Source: Bacillota bacterium (GTDB lineage Bacteria; Bacillota_I; Bacilli_A; RFN20; CAG-288). Taken from it: a stretch of DNA of 64,000 nucleotides. Positions within the stretch are counted from its first letter, which is position 1. Each line of letters begins with the position of its first letter. A program made the position numbers and the translations under genes. The stretch spans positions 1,881 through 65,880 of the forward strand of contig JAEWSJ010000006.1 of assembly GCA_023398335.1 (NCBI GenBank), read 5' to 3'. Below, one piece after another: positions 1 to 9,129 of the stretch. The notes under the pieces were generated by a model. That model saw only the letters and a program-made list of their open reading frames with translations. It searched no databases and was not told the DNA's origin.

Positions 1-1
1 C

Positions 2-136
2 AGTATTGAAATTATTCATAACATTGGCTATGACAACTTTGTTTGTAAGAGCATCGGTGGAACTTCTTCTTCACCTTATATCCCTGATGCCAAATGGAAA
101 AAGAATATGATTGAACAAGATGAGAAAATAGAATAA
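2..136 (+). CDS. C-terminal fragment of an unidentified upstream CDS (partial at window edge)
   Basis: Open frame from the window start to TAA at 134-136, 16 nt before the proS RBS. Translation ...GYDNFVCKSIGGTSSSPYIPDAKWKKNMIEQDEKIE* matches no family I recognise. Confidence 0.3.
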   Translation, partial: SIEIIHNIGYDNFVCKSIGGTSSSPYIPDAKWKKNMIEQDEKIE

Positions 137-152
137 TTGGAGAAAAATTAAA

Positions 153-1595
153 ATGGCAGAAATTAAGAAAAATAACGCGATTACTCCGCGTGAAGTTGAT
201 ATGAGTAAATGGTATTCCGAAATATGTTTAAAAGCGGAATTAATGGACTATTCTAAAGTAAAAGGTTTTATTATTTATCGTCCTTATGGCTACGCTATTT
301 GGGAAAATATTCAAGAGTACTTAAATGTTGAGTTTAAGAAAACGGGACATCAAAACGTCTATTTACCTTTGCTTATTCCTGAATCATTATTGAACAAAGA
401 AAAAGAACACATCAGTGGTTTTGCTCCTGAATGTGCTGTTGTCACTAGAGGTGGAAACAAAGATTTAGATGAACCTTTATACGTTCGTCCAACTTCAGAA
501 ACTTTGTTCTGTGATCACTTCAAAGATATTTTAAGTTCTTATCGTGATTTACCAATCAAATACAATCAATGGTGTTCAGTTGTTAGATGGGAAAAAACCA
601 CGAGACCATTCTTAAGAGGGTCGGAATTCTTATGGCAAGAAGGTCACACCTTGCATCGTACGGAAACCGAAGCTCGTGAAGAAGCTTTAAAAATGCTTAA
701 AATCTATAATGAAATGGGCAAGAAATTACTTGCTATGCCTTTTGTTATGGGCAAGAAAACTAATAGAGAAAAATTTGCTGGTGCAGAAGAAACATATTCT
801 ATCGAAGCTTTAATGCCAGATGGCCAAGCTCTTCAATCTGGTACCACCCACTACTTTGGTCAAGGTTTTGCGTCTCATTATGATATTAAATTCTTAGATG
901 ATGATAATGTTTTGAAAGTTCCTCATCAAACTTCATGGGGTGTTTCAACACGTTTGATTGGTTCTATTATTATGGAGCATGGCGATGATAATGGCTTGGT
1001 TTTACCTCCATATGTTGCTCCAATTCAAGTTGTAATTATTCCTGTAAGAGAAAAAGATAATCCACAAATATTAGTTAAATGTCATGAATTAGAAAAAGAA
1101 TTATCTGATAAAGGCTTTAGAGTTAAAGTTGATGATTCCAATAAAACTCCAGGATGGAAATTTGCTGAATATGAGATGAAAGGTGTCCCACTTAGATTAG
1201 ATTTAGGACCACGTGATTTAACAAATAACCAAATCGGAGTAACTAGAAGATTTGATAATGAAAAACTAACTTGGGATTTATCAACTTCAATCGTTGAAAA
1301 TGTTACAAAACAATTGGAAGAAATTAACGAAGGAATGTACAACAAAGCTTTAAAGTACTTATTAGCTCATACAACTGAAGTACATAATTATGAAGAATTA
1401 GAAAAAGTTATTACTACTGGACAAGGCTATGCCAAAATGATGTGGTGTGGAGATGAAGAATGTGAAGTTAAGATAAAGGAAAAACTTAATGCAACTTCCC
1501 GCTGTATGCCATTTGATCAAATTCCATTCGATGATGTTTGCCCAATTTGTGGAAAAAAAGCTAAATATGTAGTTTTATTTGCTAGAGCCTATTAA
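153..1595 (+). CDS. proS: Prolyl-tRNA synthetase, archaeal/eukaryote-like class II type without editing domain, with C-terminal zinc-binding domain
   Basis: 480 aa. Class II aaRS core, anticodon-binding domain and a C-terminal Cys cluster (CGDEECEV...CPICGKK), typical of the ProRS form found in Mollicutes and Clostridia. RBS GGAG upstream of ATG. Confidence 0.9.
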   Translation: MAEIKKNNAITPREVDMSKWYSEICLKAELMDYSKVKGFIIYRPYGYAIWENIQEYLNVEFKKTGHQNVYLPLLIPESLLNKEKEHISGFAPECAVVTRGGNKDLDEPLYVRPTSETLFCDHFKDILSSYRDLPIKYNQWCSVVRWEKTTRPFLRGSEFLWQEGHTLHRTETEAREEALKMLKIYNEMGKKLLAMPFVMGKKTNREKFAGAEETYSIEALMPDGQALQSGTTHYFGQGFASHYDIKFLDDDNVLKVPHQTSWGVSTRLIGSIIMEHGDDNGLVLPPYVAPIQVVIIPVREKDNPQILVKCHELEKELSDKGFRVKVDDSNKTPGWKFAEYEMKGVPLRLDLGPRDLTNNQIGVTRRFDNEKLTWDLSTSIVENVTKQLEEINEGMYNKALKYLLAHTTEVHNYEELEKVITTGQGYAKMMWCGDEECEVKIKEKLNATSRCMPFDQIPFDDVCPICGKKAKYVVLFARAY

Positions 1596-1609
1596 CGAAA
1601 GGAGTTATT

Positions 1610-3367
1610 ATGTTTGAATTATCACATTTAAGAGACTTACAAAACGAAATAAAAAATAAAGGATTAAAAGCCTATCTAATTGTTATGTCTGATCCGCACG
1701 CTTCGGAATATGTCGCTTCACGTTTCAGTGCGGAGAGATTATTCTTCTGTCCTTTTACAGGAGATGCAGGACAATTATTAGTTACTGAAGACAATGCTTA
1801 TTTATTTACTGATGGACGTTTCTTTATTCAAGCGGAAAAAGAACTTGCTTCTTATCCATTTGTACTAATGAGAATTGGCGAAAAGAATGTTCCTTCTTTA
1901 ACTGACTTTATTAAGGAAAAAGATTTGTATCCATTAGGAGTAAATACTTTAAACATCAGCGAAAATTTCTATAAAACTATCGCTCTTAAAGATAAGAAAG
2001 TTGTCGATGTTGATTACGCTCAAAAGTTTATTAAGAATAGACCTTCATTAAGTAAAGAAAAGATTTATGAATTAGATTCAAAACTTAATTCTCTTACTTA
2101 TAAAGAAAAAATAGATGCGATATGTCTAGAAATGAATAAAATTGGTGTAGAAGCTAATTTAATTACAACCCTTGATGATATTGCTTATATATTAAATATG
2201 CGTGGAAAAGATATTGAATGCAATCCAGTTTTCTACTCATACTTATATGTTTCCCATGTCCATGGAACTCATTTGTTTATTGATTTAGATAAGCTAGATT
2301 ATCGTTTAGAAGGTGTTGAAGTTCATCCATATGATGAAATAACTTCATTCTTAAAAGAACATCGTAATGTTCGTACTCTTGTCGATTCATCTAAAGTTAA
2401 TGCTAAATTATTTAATATTTTATCAAATCCTATCGAGGGTAAAAATCCTTCTTACTTGATGAAGTCAATAAAAGGTGAGATTGAGATAAAAAACACTAAA
2501 GAGATTCAGGAACTTGATGGGGTCGCTTTAGTAAAATTTATCGATTTTTTGAATAAAAACATCGAGAAGAACTTAACTGAATATCAATATGCGGAAGAAT
2601 TAAAGAAATATCGTCTTGAAAACGAAAGATGTTTTGATTTAAGTTTTGGCACAATTGCTGCTGTTGGAGCAAATGCTGCAGAAATGCATTATTCTCCAAG
2701 CGAAGAAAAATCATCTGTTGTTTCCTCTTCTTCTCAGGAATTATTAGTAGATAGTGGTGGTCAATATTATGGTGGAACTACTGATACAACACGTACTTTT
2801 GCAATTGGAAAAGAACTATCTTCAGAATACATTCATGACTACACATTAACTTTAAAGAGCGTTATTGCTTTGTCAACATCAATTTTCATGCGTGAATCAA
2901 CTGGTCAAACTCTTGATATAAAAGCTCGTGAAATTATGTGGAAAGAAGGAATGGATTATAAATGTGGCACCGGACATGGTGTTGGATACATTCTTAATGT
3001 TCATGAAGGACCAAATGGTTTTAGATATAAAAGAGTAGCTGAAAGAGATGACGGCAATATGCTTGTTCCTGGTATGATTACTACAGTTGAACCAGGTGTA
3101 TATAAGCAAGATAAATACGGGATTAGAATTGAAAACAATTTATTATGCGTCCCTGCTTTTGAAACAGATATGGGAGTGTTTTATAAATTCGAAACAATTA
3201 CCTACGTTCCAATTGATACTAGAGCCTTGGATTTATCCATTATGACTGACGAAGAAATTACATGGTTAAACGATTATCATAAGATGGTCTTTGAACATCT
3301 TTCTTCTCATATGTCTTCTGAACTTATAGAAGTTCTAGGAGAACTTACTAAACCTATTAAGAGATAA
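1610..3367 (+). CDS. pepP: Xaa-Pro aminopeptidase (M24B, three-domain APP1-like aminopeptidase P)
   Basis: 585 aa. N-terminal creatinase/prolidase domains, an M24 pita-bread catalytic domain (HGVGYILNVHEGP, metal ligands D/D/H/E/E) and a C-terminal M24_C-like extension. Confidence 0.85.
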   Translation: MFELSHLRDLQNEIKNKGLKAYLIVMSDPHASEYVASRFSAERLFFCPFTGDAGQLLVTEDNAYLFTDGRFFIQAEKELASYPFVLMRIGEKNVPSLTDFIKEKDLYPLGVNTLNISENFYKTIALKDKKVVDVDYAQKFIKNRPSLSKEKIYELDSKLNSLTYKEKIDAICLEMNKIGVEANLITTLDDIAYILNMRGKDIECNPVFYSYLYVSHVHGTHLFIDLDKLDYRLEGVEVHPYDEITSFLKEHRNVRTLVDSSKVNAKLFNILSNPIEGKNPSYLMKSIKGEIEIKNTKEIQELDGVALVKFIDFLNKNIEKNLTEYQYAEELKKYRLENERCFDLSFGTIAAVGANAAEMHYSPSEEKSSVVSSSSQELLVDSGGQYYGGTTDTTRTFAIGKELSSEYIHDYTLTLKSVIALSTSIFMRESTGQTLDIKAREIMWKEGMDYKCGTGHGVGYILNVHEGPNGFRYKRVAERDDGNMLVPGMITTVEPGVYKQDKYGIRIENNLLCVPAFETDMGVFYKFETITYVPIDTRALDLSIMTDEEITWLNDYHKMVFEHLSSHMSSELIEVLGELTKPIKR

Positions 3368-3885
3368 TGAACCATATAGTATTATTTGAACCGGAGAAGC
3401 CAGCTAATGTTGGTAATATTATCCGTACCTGTATGGCTTTAAATGCGGAGTTAATTATTGTAGGTCATATTAATTTTGATCTTAGCGATAAATCGCTTAA
3501 AAGAGCGGGAATGGATTATATGATAGGTTTTCCAATTAAACGTTACAATTCCATGAGTGACTTTTTTAAAGATCATTATAAACATAAAATTTACTATGTA
3601 ACAAGATATTCTAAACATGTCTATACTCAAAATGATTATAGCGATGTAACAGAAGATGTATATTTGATGTTTGGAAGAGAGTCAACTGGAATTCCACATG
3701 ATGTATTAAGAGAACATTATGATTATACGATTCGGATTCCAATGGCGATTGATGCGAGAAGTTTAAATCTCTCTAATTCAGTAGCAATAGTTTTATCGGA
3801 AGTATTAAGGCAACAAAAATTCTTCTCTTTAGCCACAACAGAGACGATTAAAGGTGAAGATTTCTTATTTGAAGAAAATAAATAA
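3367..3885 (+). CDS. trmL: tRNA (cytidine/uridine-2'-O)-methyltransferase, SpoU/TrmL (CspR) family
   Basis: 172 aa with a SPOUT fold. Motifs NVGNIIRT and MFGRESTG match the TrmL/CspR family. Confidence 0.8.
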   Translation: MNHIVLFEPEKPANVGNIIRTCMALNAELIIVGHINFDLSDKSLKRAGMDYMIGFPIKRYNSMSDFFKDHYKHKIYYVTRYSKHVYTQNDYSDVTEDVYLMFGRESTGIPHDVLREHYDYTIRIPMAIDARSLNLSNSVAIVLSEVLRQQKFFSLATTETIKGEDFLFEENK

Positions 3886-3934
3886 AAAAATGGATTTTCT
3901 AAGTTAGATTAACTAGCGAAGAAAGTCCATTTTT
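3881..3934. terminator. Bidirectional intrinsic terminator between convergent trmL and rqcH
   Basis: Roughly 14 bp stem (AAAAATGGATTTTC / GAAAGTCCATTTTT) with one G-U wobble and a 21 nt loop. An A-run lies 5' and a T-run 3', so it can terminate either strand. Confidence 0.45.
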
Positions 3935-3943
3935 CTTAGAAAA

Positions 3944-5539
3944 TTATTGTTTTAAAGATTTATTGAACAAGTCTAAACTTGATTCTCTAATGCTTTTTAA
4001 AGTGATGAGTTTATAGTCTAAAACGTTTACTAAGCCTTTAGCGTCTTTGTTTTTCTTGACGTTTTTACGTTGCGTAATCATAACGTCTCCCGCATCAATA
4101 TTAGAAAGAAATAAAGCGAGCTCCGCCGCTAATAACCGAGTGGCGTTATTATCTCCATACAAAATAATTACATGCGCTCCTGGAGCCTCATTAACATGTA
4201 AGAAAATGTCATCTTTTTTAGCAATATTAAAAGTAAGTTCTTCATTTTGTAAAGCGTTCATTCCAAAGCCGATTTTGTATGAATCGCTAGATAGATAATG
4301 TGGTTCATATTTAACTTTAGTTTTATTCTTTCTATTTATTGGAGATTTATTATTCTTCAAATAACCTGATAGAAATAATTCATATTTTAACTCTTGAATA
4401 TCTCTCGCACAGCCTTTATCGAGTTCAAGAATTTTTGATTTGAGGTAATCAATTTCATTTTGAGCCTTTTCAATCAATGGACCTAAGGTTTCTGTAGCGG
4501 ATTTTGATTTATGGTATTTCTTAAAGTATTTATTGGCATTTGCGATGATATCTATTTTAGGATCAAGAACGATATGACATCCATCAACATCCATAAAAGT
4601 CTGACCTTTTTTATAGTTTGTTTGATATAAGAAAAGTAATTGACCATAATCTTTATATATTAAATGACTTTTGGCAGCACTTAAGTCTTTAATTAAATTT
4701 TGTTTTTTCTTTTCTGTCATTTTTAATACATGATTAAGTTCGTTTGTTAATTCGGATTCATTCATTGTCTTAGCAAGTGATTTTTGATCCTCAACAAAGA
4801 AAGAAAAGATATCATCTATATTGATTTCTTTTGCTTCGGGTAAATTAAAATTAAACGGCTCGATACTTCCATTAATTATATAAAGATGAGTAGAACTAAG
4901 AAGACTATTCAATGATTCTTTGAAATCTTTTCCTTCTTGATAAGCTTCAAATAATTTGAAAGTAGAACGAGAAAGATAAGGTTTGATTTCTTCGATAGAT
5001 TCGAATGAATTATCGACTTCTTTTCGTGGTGGAGGTGGAAGATAAGGCAAATTACGTGCAATATATCTCATACCAAAGATATCGCTGTGTTCTTTGAATA
5101 ATGAAACTACTTTATTATATGGAAGAGCGATGATATAGGCATTGCATTTTTGTGGAAATAATTCAACAATAAGAGTAAATCCAGAGTTGATTTCATCAAG
5201 TGATTCTTTATTTTCCACTTCAAAAGAAACGATACGTTCACCTCTAAATTTACTAACTGATTTAATCTTACAACCAACGAGCTTTTTTAATGAATTAAAG
5301 AAAGGAGTGTTTACAGGAACTTTGGTAAATTTTTGATAACTGATTGTTACAAAAGGATTAGAGCCATCTAAATTTATGATTAGTGTTCCACGTCCTTTAT
5401 TAGATATATTTTTTCCTGAGTGATATGGAAGTGCAAATTGAGTAAAACCTAAAGCAAAAGGTTTATCAAAAAAAGCACCTTCAAGTTCTTCATTTAATTC
5501 GTTTGTTATTTTTTTAAGTGCTAAATTATCAAGGGCCAT
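3944..5539 (-). CDS. rqcH: Fibronectin-binding protein A family / ribosome quality-control factor RqcH (NFACT domain protein)
   Basis: 531 aa. FbpA/NFACT-N architecture with a coiled-coil middle and a DUF814-like C-terminus (GAHVIILYGDNN), typical of Firmicutes FbpA/RqcH. Confidence 0.75.
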   Translation of the reverse strand: MALDNLALKKITNELNEELEGAFFDKPFALGFTQFALPYHSGKNISNKGRGTLIINLDGSNPFVTISYQKFTKVPVNTPFFNSLKKLVGCKIKSVSKFRGERIVSFEVENKESLDEINSGFTLIVELFPQKCNAYIIALPYNKVVSLFKEHSDIFGMRYIARNLPYLPPPPRKEVDNSFESIEEIKPYLSRSTFKLFEAYQEGKDFKESLNSLLSSTHLYIINGSIEPFNFNLPEAKEINIDDIFSFFVEDQKSLAKTMNESELTNELNHVLKMTEKKKQNLIKDLSAAKSHLIYKDYGQLLFLYQTNYKKGQTFMDVDGCHIVLDPKIDIIANANKYFKKYHKSKSATETLGPLIEKAQNEIDYLKSKILELDKGCARDIQELKYELFLSGYLKNNKSPINRKNKTKVKYEPHYLSSDSYKIGFGMNALQNEELTFNIAKKDDIFLHVNEAPGAHVIILYGDNNATRLLAAELALFLSNIDAGDVMITQRKNVKKNKDAKGLVNVLDYKLITLKSIRESSLDLFNKSLKQ

Positions 5540-5701
5540 ACTTTTCTTCTTTCTTATGTATTATACATAAAAAGTGAACATTATTAAAATGATATTTATC
5601 GGTTGAAAAAACAATATTTCATGATTTTACATTAAAATCATGATAAGTTATTTAAATCACTATGCTTTTGTGATACTATACCTTTTAATTGAATACGGTG
5701 T

Positions 5702-5729
5702 TTCAATTGGTGTTTTTAAGTGATATAAT
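5702..5729 (+). promoter_or_regulatory. Candidate sigma-A promoter for gmk-priA
   Basis: -35 TTCAAT (5702-5707), 16 bp spacer, extended -10 TGaTATAAT (5721-5729). RBS GGTAGGG lies before ATG at 5766. Confidence 0.4.
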
Positions 5730-5765
5730 AAACACAACAAAAAGTTAGAAAATGGTAGGGTATTT

Positions 5766-6347
5766 ATGAAAAAAGGTCTTTTAATTATTCTTAGTGGTCC
5801 ATCTGGTGTTGGTAAAGGTGCTGTCAGAAGAATTCTGATGGAAGATAAATCACTGGGTTTAAGCTACTCTATTTCAATGACCACAAGAAAGCCTCGTCCT
5901 TTAGAAAGAGATGGAGTCGACTATTTTTTCGTTGATCAAGAAACATTTGATAAAAATGTAGAAGAAGGAAACTTACTTGAACACGCTGCTTTCGTTGGCA
6001 ACAGTTATGGGACACCAAAAGACTACGTTGAAAATTTAAGAAACGAAGGAAAAAATGTTCTCCTCGAAATTGAAGTTCAAGGTGCTAAACAAGTTTTAGC
6101 AAAAATGAAGGGCGACGATATTATATCTATCTTCCTTATACCACCATCTATGGGTGAACTCGAAAAGAGAATTAGAAAAAGAAGAACAGAGAATGAAGAA
6201 GTAATTCAAGCTAGATTAAGAAAAGCTAGAGGTGAATTATCTTCTAAATATGAGTATAAATATATCGTTCTAAACGATATTGTTGATAGAGCGACTGAAG
6301 AAATAAAAGAAATACTTAAGAAAAATATTGCTTTAAATCAAGATTAA
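5766..6347 (+). CDS. gmk: Guanylate kinase
   Basis: 193 aa. P-loop GPSGVGKG and GMP-binding residues. Conserved gmk-priA neighbourhood. Confidence 0.9.
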   Translation: MKKGLLIILSGPSGVGKGAVRRILMEDKSLGLSYSISMTTRKPRPLERDGVDYFFVDQETFDKNVEEGNLLEHAAFVGNSYGTPKDYVENLRNEGKNVLLEIEVQGAKQVLAKMKGDDIISIFLIPPSMGELEKRIRKRRTENEEVIQARLRKARGELSSKYEYKYIVLNDIVDRATEEIKEILKKNIALNQD

Positions 6348-6350
6348 AAT

Positions 6351-8567
6351 ATGCTGTATATTTTACAAATTATTATTGAATATGGTGTTACTAGTTTAAA
6401 TCATACTTTTTCGTATGCATATAAGGGCTCAATCGTTCCTAAAAAAGGAATGAGAGTTGCAATAAATTTTCATAATAAAGATATTGTAGGATTCATTTTT
6501 GATTTAAAAGAACACCAGGGATCATTGGAAGAATTCAATGCTACTAACTCATTTGAGGTAAAAGAAATTAAATATATAATTGATGAAGAACCAATCTTAA
6601 GCGATGATTTAATTGCGTTGGCTCAACAGATTCAAGAATATTATTTTTCTCCTCTAATTGATGTTTATAATGTTATGTTGCCGCCATCATTGAAACCTAA
6701 AGCTAATTATTCATCTAAACCAAAAGAAAATATTGTTGAAGTATATAAGGCAAATAAAAACGTTGATACTTCTCTTCTTTCTGCTTCGGAAATTAAATTA
6801 TATGATAAAATCAGTAATTCTAAAGAAGGGCTACTTAAAAGCCAAATAACCGCCAAGGTTGCATTTAACTCTTTGTTAAAAAAGCAGTATATTTTCAAGG
6901 ATAAAAAAATAAAAAATAGGATGATTGAAGTAGATTTAATTGATGATATTCTTAATCATAAATTAAACGATGAACAACAAAAAGTATACGATGAATTTAT
7001 CAGTTCAAAAGATAAGATTTTCTTACTCCAAGGTGTAACTGGTTCAGGTAAAACAGAAGTCTATATTGAGTTAGTTAAATATTATCTTTCAAAAGGTTTA
7101 GATTCGATAATATTAGTTCCAGAGATTGCTCTTACCGATCGCTTGATATGCTTGTTCAAATCTGTTTTTAATTCACAAGTTGCTTTATTGCACTCCGGCC
7201 TTTCTGATGGTCAAAAATACGATGAATATTTAAGAATAAAAAGAGGTGAAGCCAAGATTGTTGTCGGGGCTAGAAGTGCGATATTCGCTCCACTTGCAAA
7301 TCTTGGACTTATTATCATCGATGAAGAACATGTGGAGTCATATAAGCAAGATACTTCTCCGTTTTATGACGCTCGCGAAGTCGCAAAAATGAGAATCATT
7401 GGTAGTGATTCTAAATTGCTTTTTGGTTCTGCGACACCATCGTTAGAATGTAAAGCACGCGCGGAAAAAGGCGTCTATCATATGCTGAGACTTGATAATA
7501 GATTTAACAAACATAATCTTCCTGAGGTTGAGATAATCAATCTAGCAGATTATTCAAATATTGATTATGATTCAACTCTTTTATCTCTTCCATTAAGAAA
7601 TGAAATTCAAGTTAGATTAGAAAAGAAAGAGCAAGTTTTGTTGCTGCTTAATAGACGTGGTTATTCCCCTATATATATTTGTCGTACTTGTCAAAGAGTC
7701 TTGAAGTGTCCTAATTGCAATATCCCTCTTTCCTATCATGCGGGAGAAAGAGTATTGAAATGTCATCATTGTGATTACATTCAAGATATCAATGATTTGG
7801 AGTGTCCACATTGCCGTGGAAAAGATTTTGCTAAAGTTGGCTTTGGAACTGAAAGGGTTGTGGAAGAATTACAGAAGTTCTACCCTTCTGCCAGTATTAA
7901 AAGACTAGATGCAGATGTAGCTTCTAGGAAAGGCAAGTACCATGAGATTATAGATTCTTTCTCTAAGTCTAAATTTGATATCTTGGTCGGGACTCAAATG
8001 ATTGCTAAAGGACATGATTTTCCAAATCTTACTTTAGCAGTAGCGTTACTGGCTGATCAGTCTTTATCGTTTCCTAATTATCGAGCAAACGAGGAAACCT
8101 TTGATCTGCTTACTCAACTTGTAGGAAGAGCAGGAAGAAAAGATAAAGAAGGAAAAGCGATTATTCAGACGTATTTAGCGGATAATGATATTTTATCTTT
8201 TGTTAAGAAACAAGACTATGAAGGATTCTATAAATACGAATTAGAGAATAGAAGAATTCGTAAATATCCTCCGTTCGTATATATGTCAATTATTACAATT
8301 TCTTCTATTGATAAAAACGAAACAATAGATGCTTCATATAAGTTGAAGAATTATTTAATCTCGTGTTTTAAGGATAAAAAGGTCGATATATTTGGACCAT
8401 CAATTCCTTATATCGAGAAAATCAACAATAGGTTTTATCGGAAGATTATGCTAAAATATAAAAGTTATCTTGATGTGAAAGAAGGCTTAAGTAAGCTATG
8501 TTACTTGTCAATAGAAGCTTCGAGAGTTAAGATAATTATCGATGTAGATCCAAGCAGTGATTTCTAG
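6351..8567 (+). CDS. priA: Primosomal protein N' (replication restart helicase PriA)
   Basis: 738 aa. Walker A GVTGSGKTEV, DEEH box and Cys4-Cys4 zinc ribbon (CRTCQRVLKCPNC...CHHCDY...CPHCRG). Confidence 0.9.
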   Translation: MLYILQIIIEYGVTSLNHTFSYAYKGSIVPKKGMRVAINFHNKDIVGFIFDLKEHQGSLEEFNATNSFEVKEIKYIIDEEPILSDDLIALAQQIQEYYFSPLIDVYNVMLPPSLKPKANYSSKPKENIVEVYKANKNVDTSLLSASEIKLYDKISNSKEGLLKSQITAKVAFNSLLKKQYIFKDKKIKNRMIEVDLIDDILNHKLNDEQQKVYDEFISSKDKIFLLQGVTGSGKTEVYIELVKYYLSKGLDSIILVPEIALTDRLICLFKSVFNSQVALLHSGLSDGQKYDEYLRIKRGEAKIVVGARSAIFAPLANLGLIIIDEEHVESYKQDTSPFYDAREVAKMRIIGSDSKLLFGSATPSLECKARAEKGVYHMLRLDNRFNKHNLPEVEIINLADYSNIDYDSTLLSLPLRNEIQVRLEKKEQVLLLLNRRGYSPIYICRTCQRVLKCPNCNIPLSYHAGERVLKCHHCDYIQDINDLECPHCRGKDFAKVGFGTERVVEELQKFYPSASIKRLDADVASRKGKYHEIIDSFSKSKFDILVGTQMIAKGHDFPNLTLAVALLADQSLSFPNYRANEETFDLLTQLVGRAGRKDKEGKAIIQTYLADNDILSFVKKQDYEGFYKYELENRRIRKYPPFVYMSIITISSIDKNETIDASYKLKNYLISCFKDKKVDIFGPSIPYIEKINNRFYRKIMLKYKSYLDVKEGLSKLCYLSIEASRVKIIIDVDPSSDF

Positions 8568-8580
8568 AAAGGAAATTAAA

Positions 8581-9078
8581 ATGATTACAATTGAATTATT
8601 AGGTGTCGACCAATATATGGCCGAAGAATTTGTCAAAGATATTCATGAGAACGTTGCTCAAATATACGAAACTAAAGCGGAAGATATTATTTTCTTCGCT
8701 CCAGATTCATTTCTTATTTATAAAGGTGTAGAACAAACTTCATTTCAACTTAATGTTGTTGTTGAAGCTCCAAGTAAATACGCTCCACTTGAAAAGAAAT
8801 TAGCAGACTTTTTATTAAAAGCCTTTTCTGAAACCCATATACATGTTCATTTATTATTTAGATATTTTGAAAAAGAACATGAGTATGAATTTATCAATGA
8901 AAATTACCCACGTTTTATGACTGATGATAATATGGCAAAATTTGATACAGAAGCTGATGTTGATTCTCCTTCAATGGAAGATGCTTTTGATGGATATGAT
9001 GACAAGGTTAAGGAACATGATGCTAAGTTATATGAAGAAGATGTTAAAAGACTTCATGAACAAAAAAATCATAAATAA
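8581..9078 (+). CDS. Hypothetical cytoplasmic protein with acidic C-terminal tail
   Basis: ATG at 8581 has a good RBS (AGAAAGGAAA). The longer ORF from 8557 overlaps the priA end. No recognised motif. It occupies the position where def-fmt sit in Bacillus. Confidence 0.5.
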   Translation: MITIELLGVDQYMAEEFVKDIHENVAQIYETKAEDIIFFAPDSFLIYKGVEQTSFQLNVVVEAPSKYAPLEKKLADFLLKAFSETHIHVHLLFRYFEKEHEYEFINENYPRFMTDDNMAKFDTEADVDSPSMEDAFDGYDDKVKEHDAKLYEEDVKRLHEQKNHK

Positions 9079-9129
9079 AAAATAAATCATTATAAAAGCG
9101 CACTTTGTAAGTACGCTTTTTTTAGTCGT

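Noticed and set aside
1082-1345. Short antisense or alternate-frame ORFs inside well-supported genes
   Set aside because: These are 60-108 aa ORFs fully embedded in, or antisense to, conserved CDS. Examples are 1082-1345, 2897-3109, 4047-4298, 5142-5336, 6707-6898, 7617-7811, 9435-9695, 13016-13219, 14698-14905, 17718-18002, 18959-19383, 24034-24264, 25940-26143, 26302-26487, 34136-34643, 38411-38608, 41907-42089, 43485-43764, 44889-45110, 49457-49783, 54530-54820, 55127-55330, 56922-57408, 58274-58474, 58846-59034, 62569-62872. They have AT-rich codon composition and no RBS, and are judged spurious.
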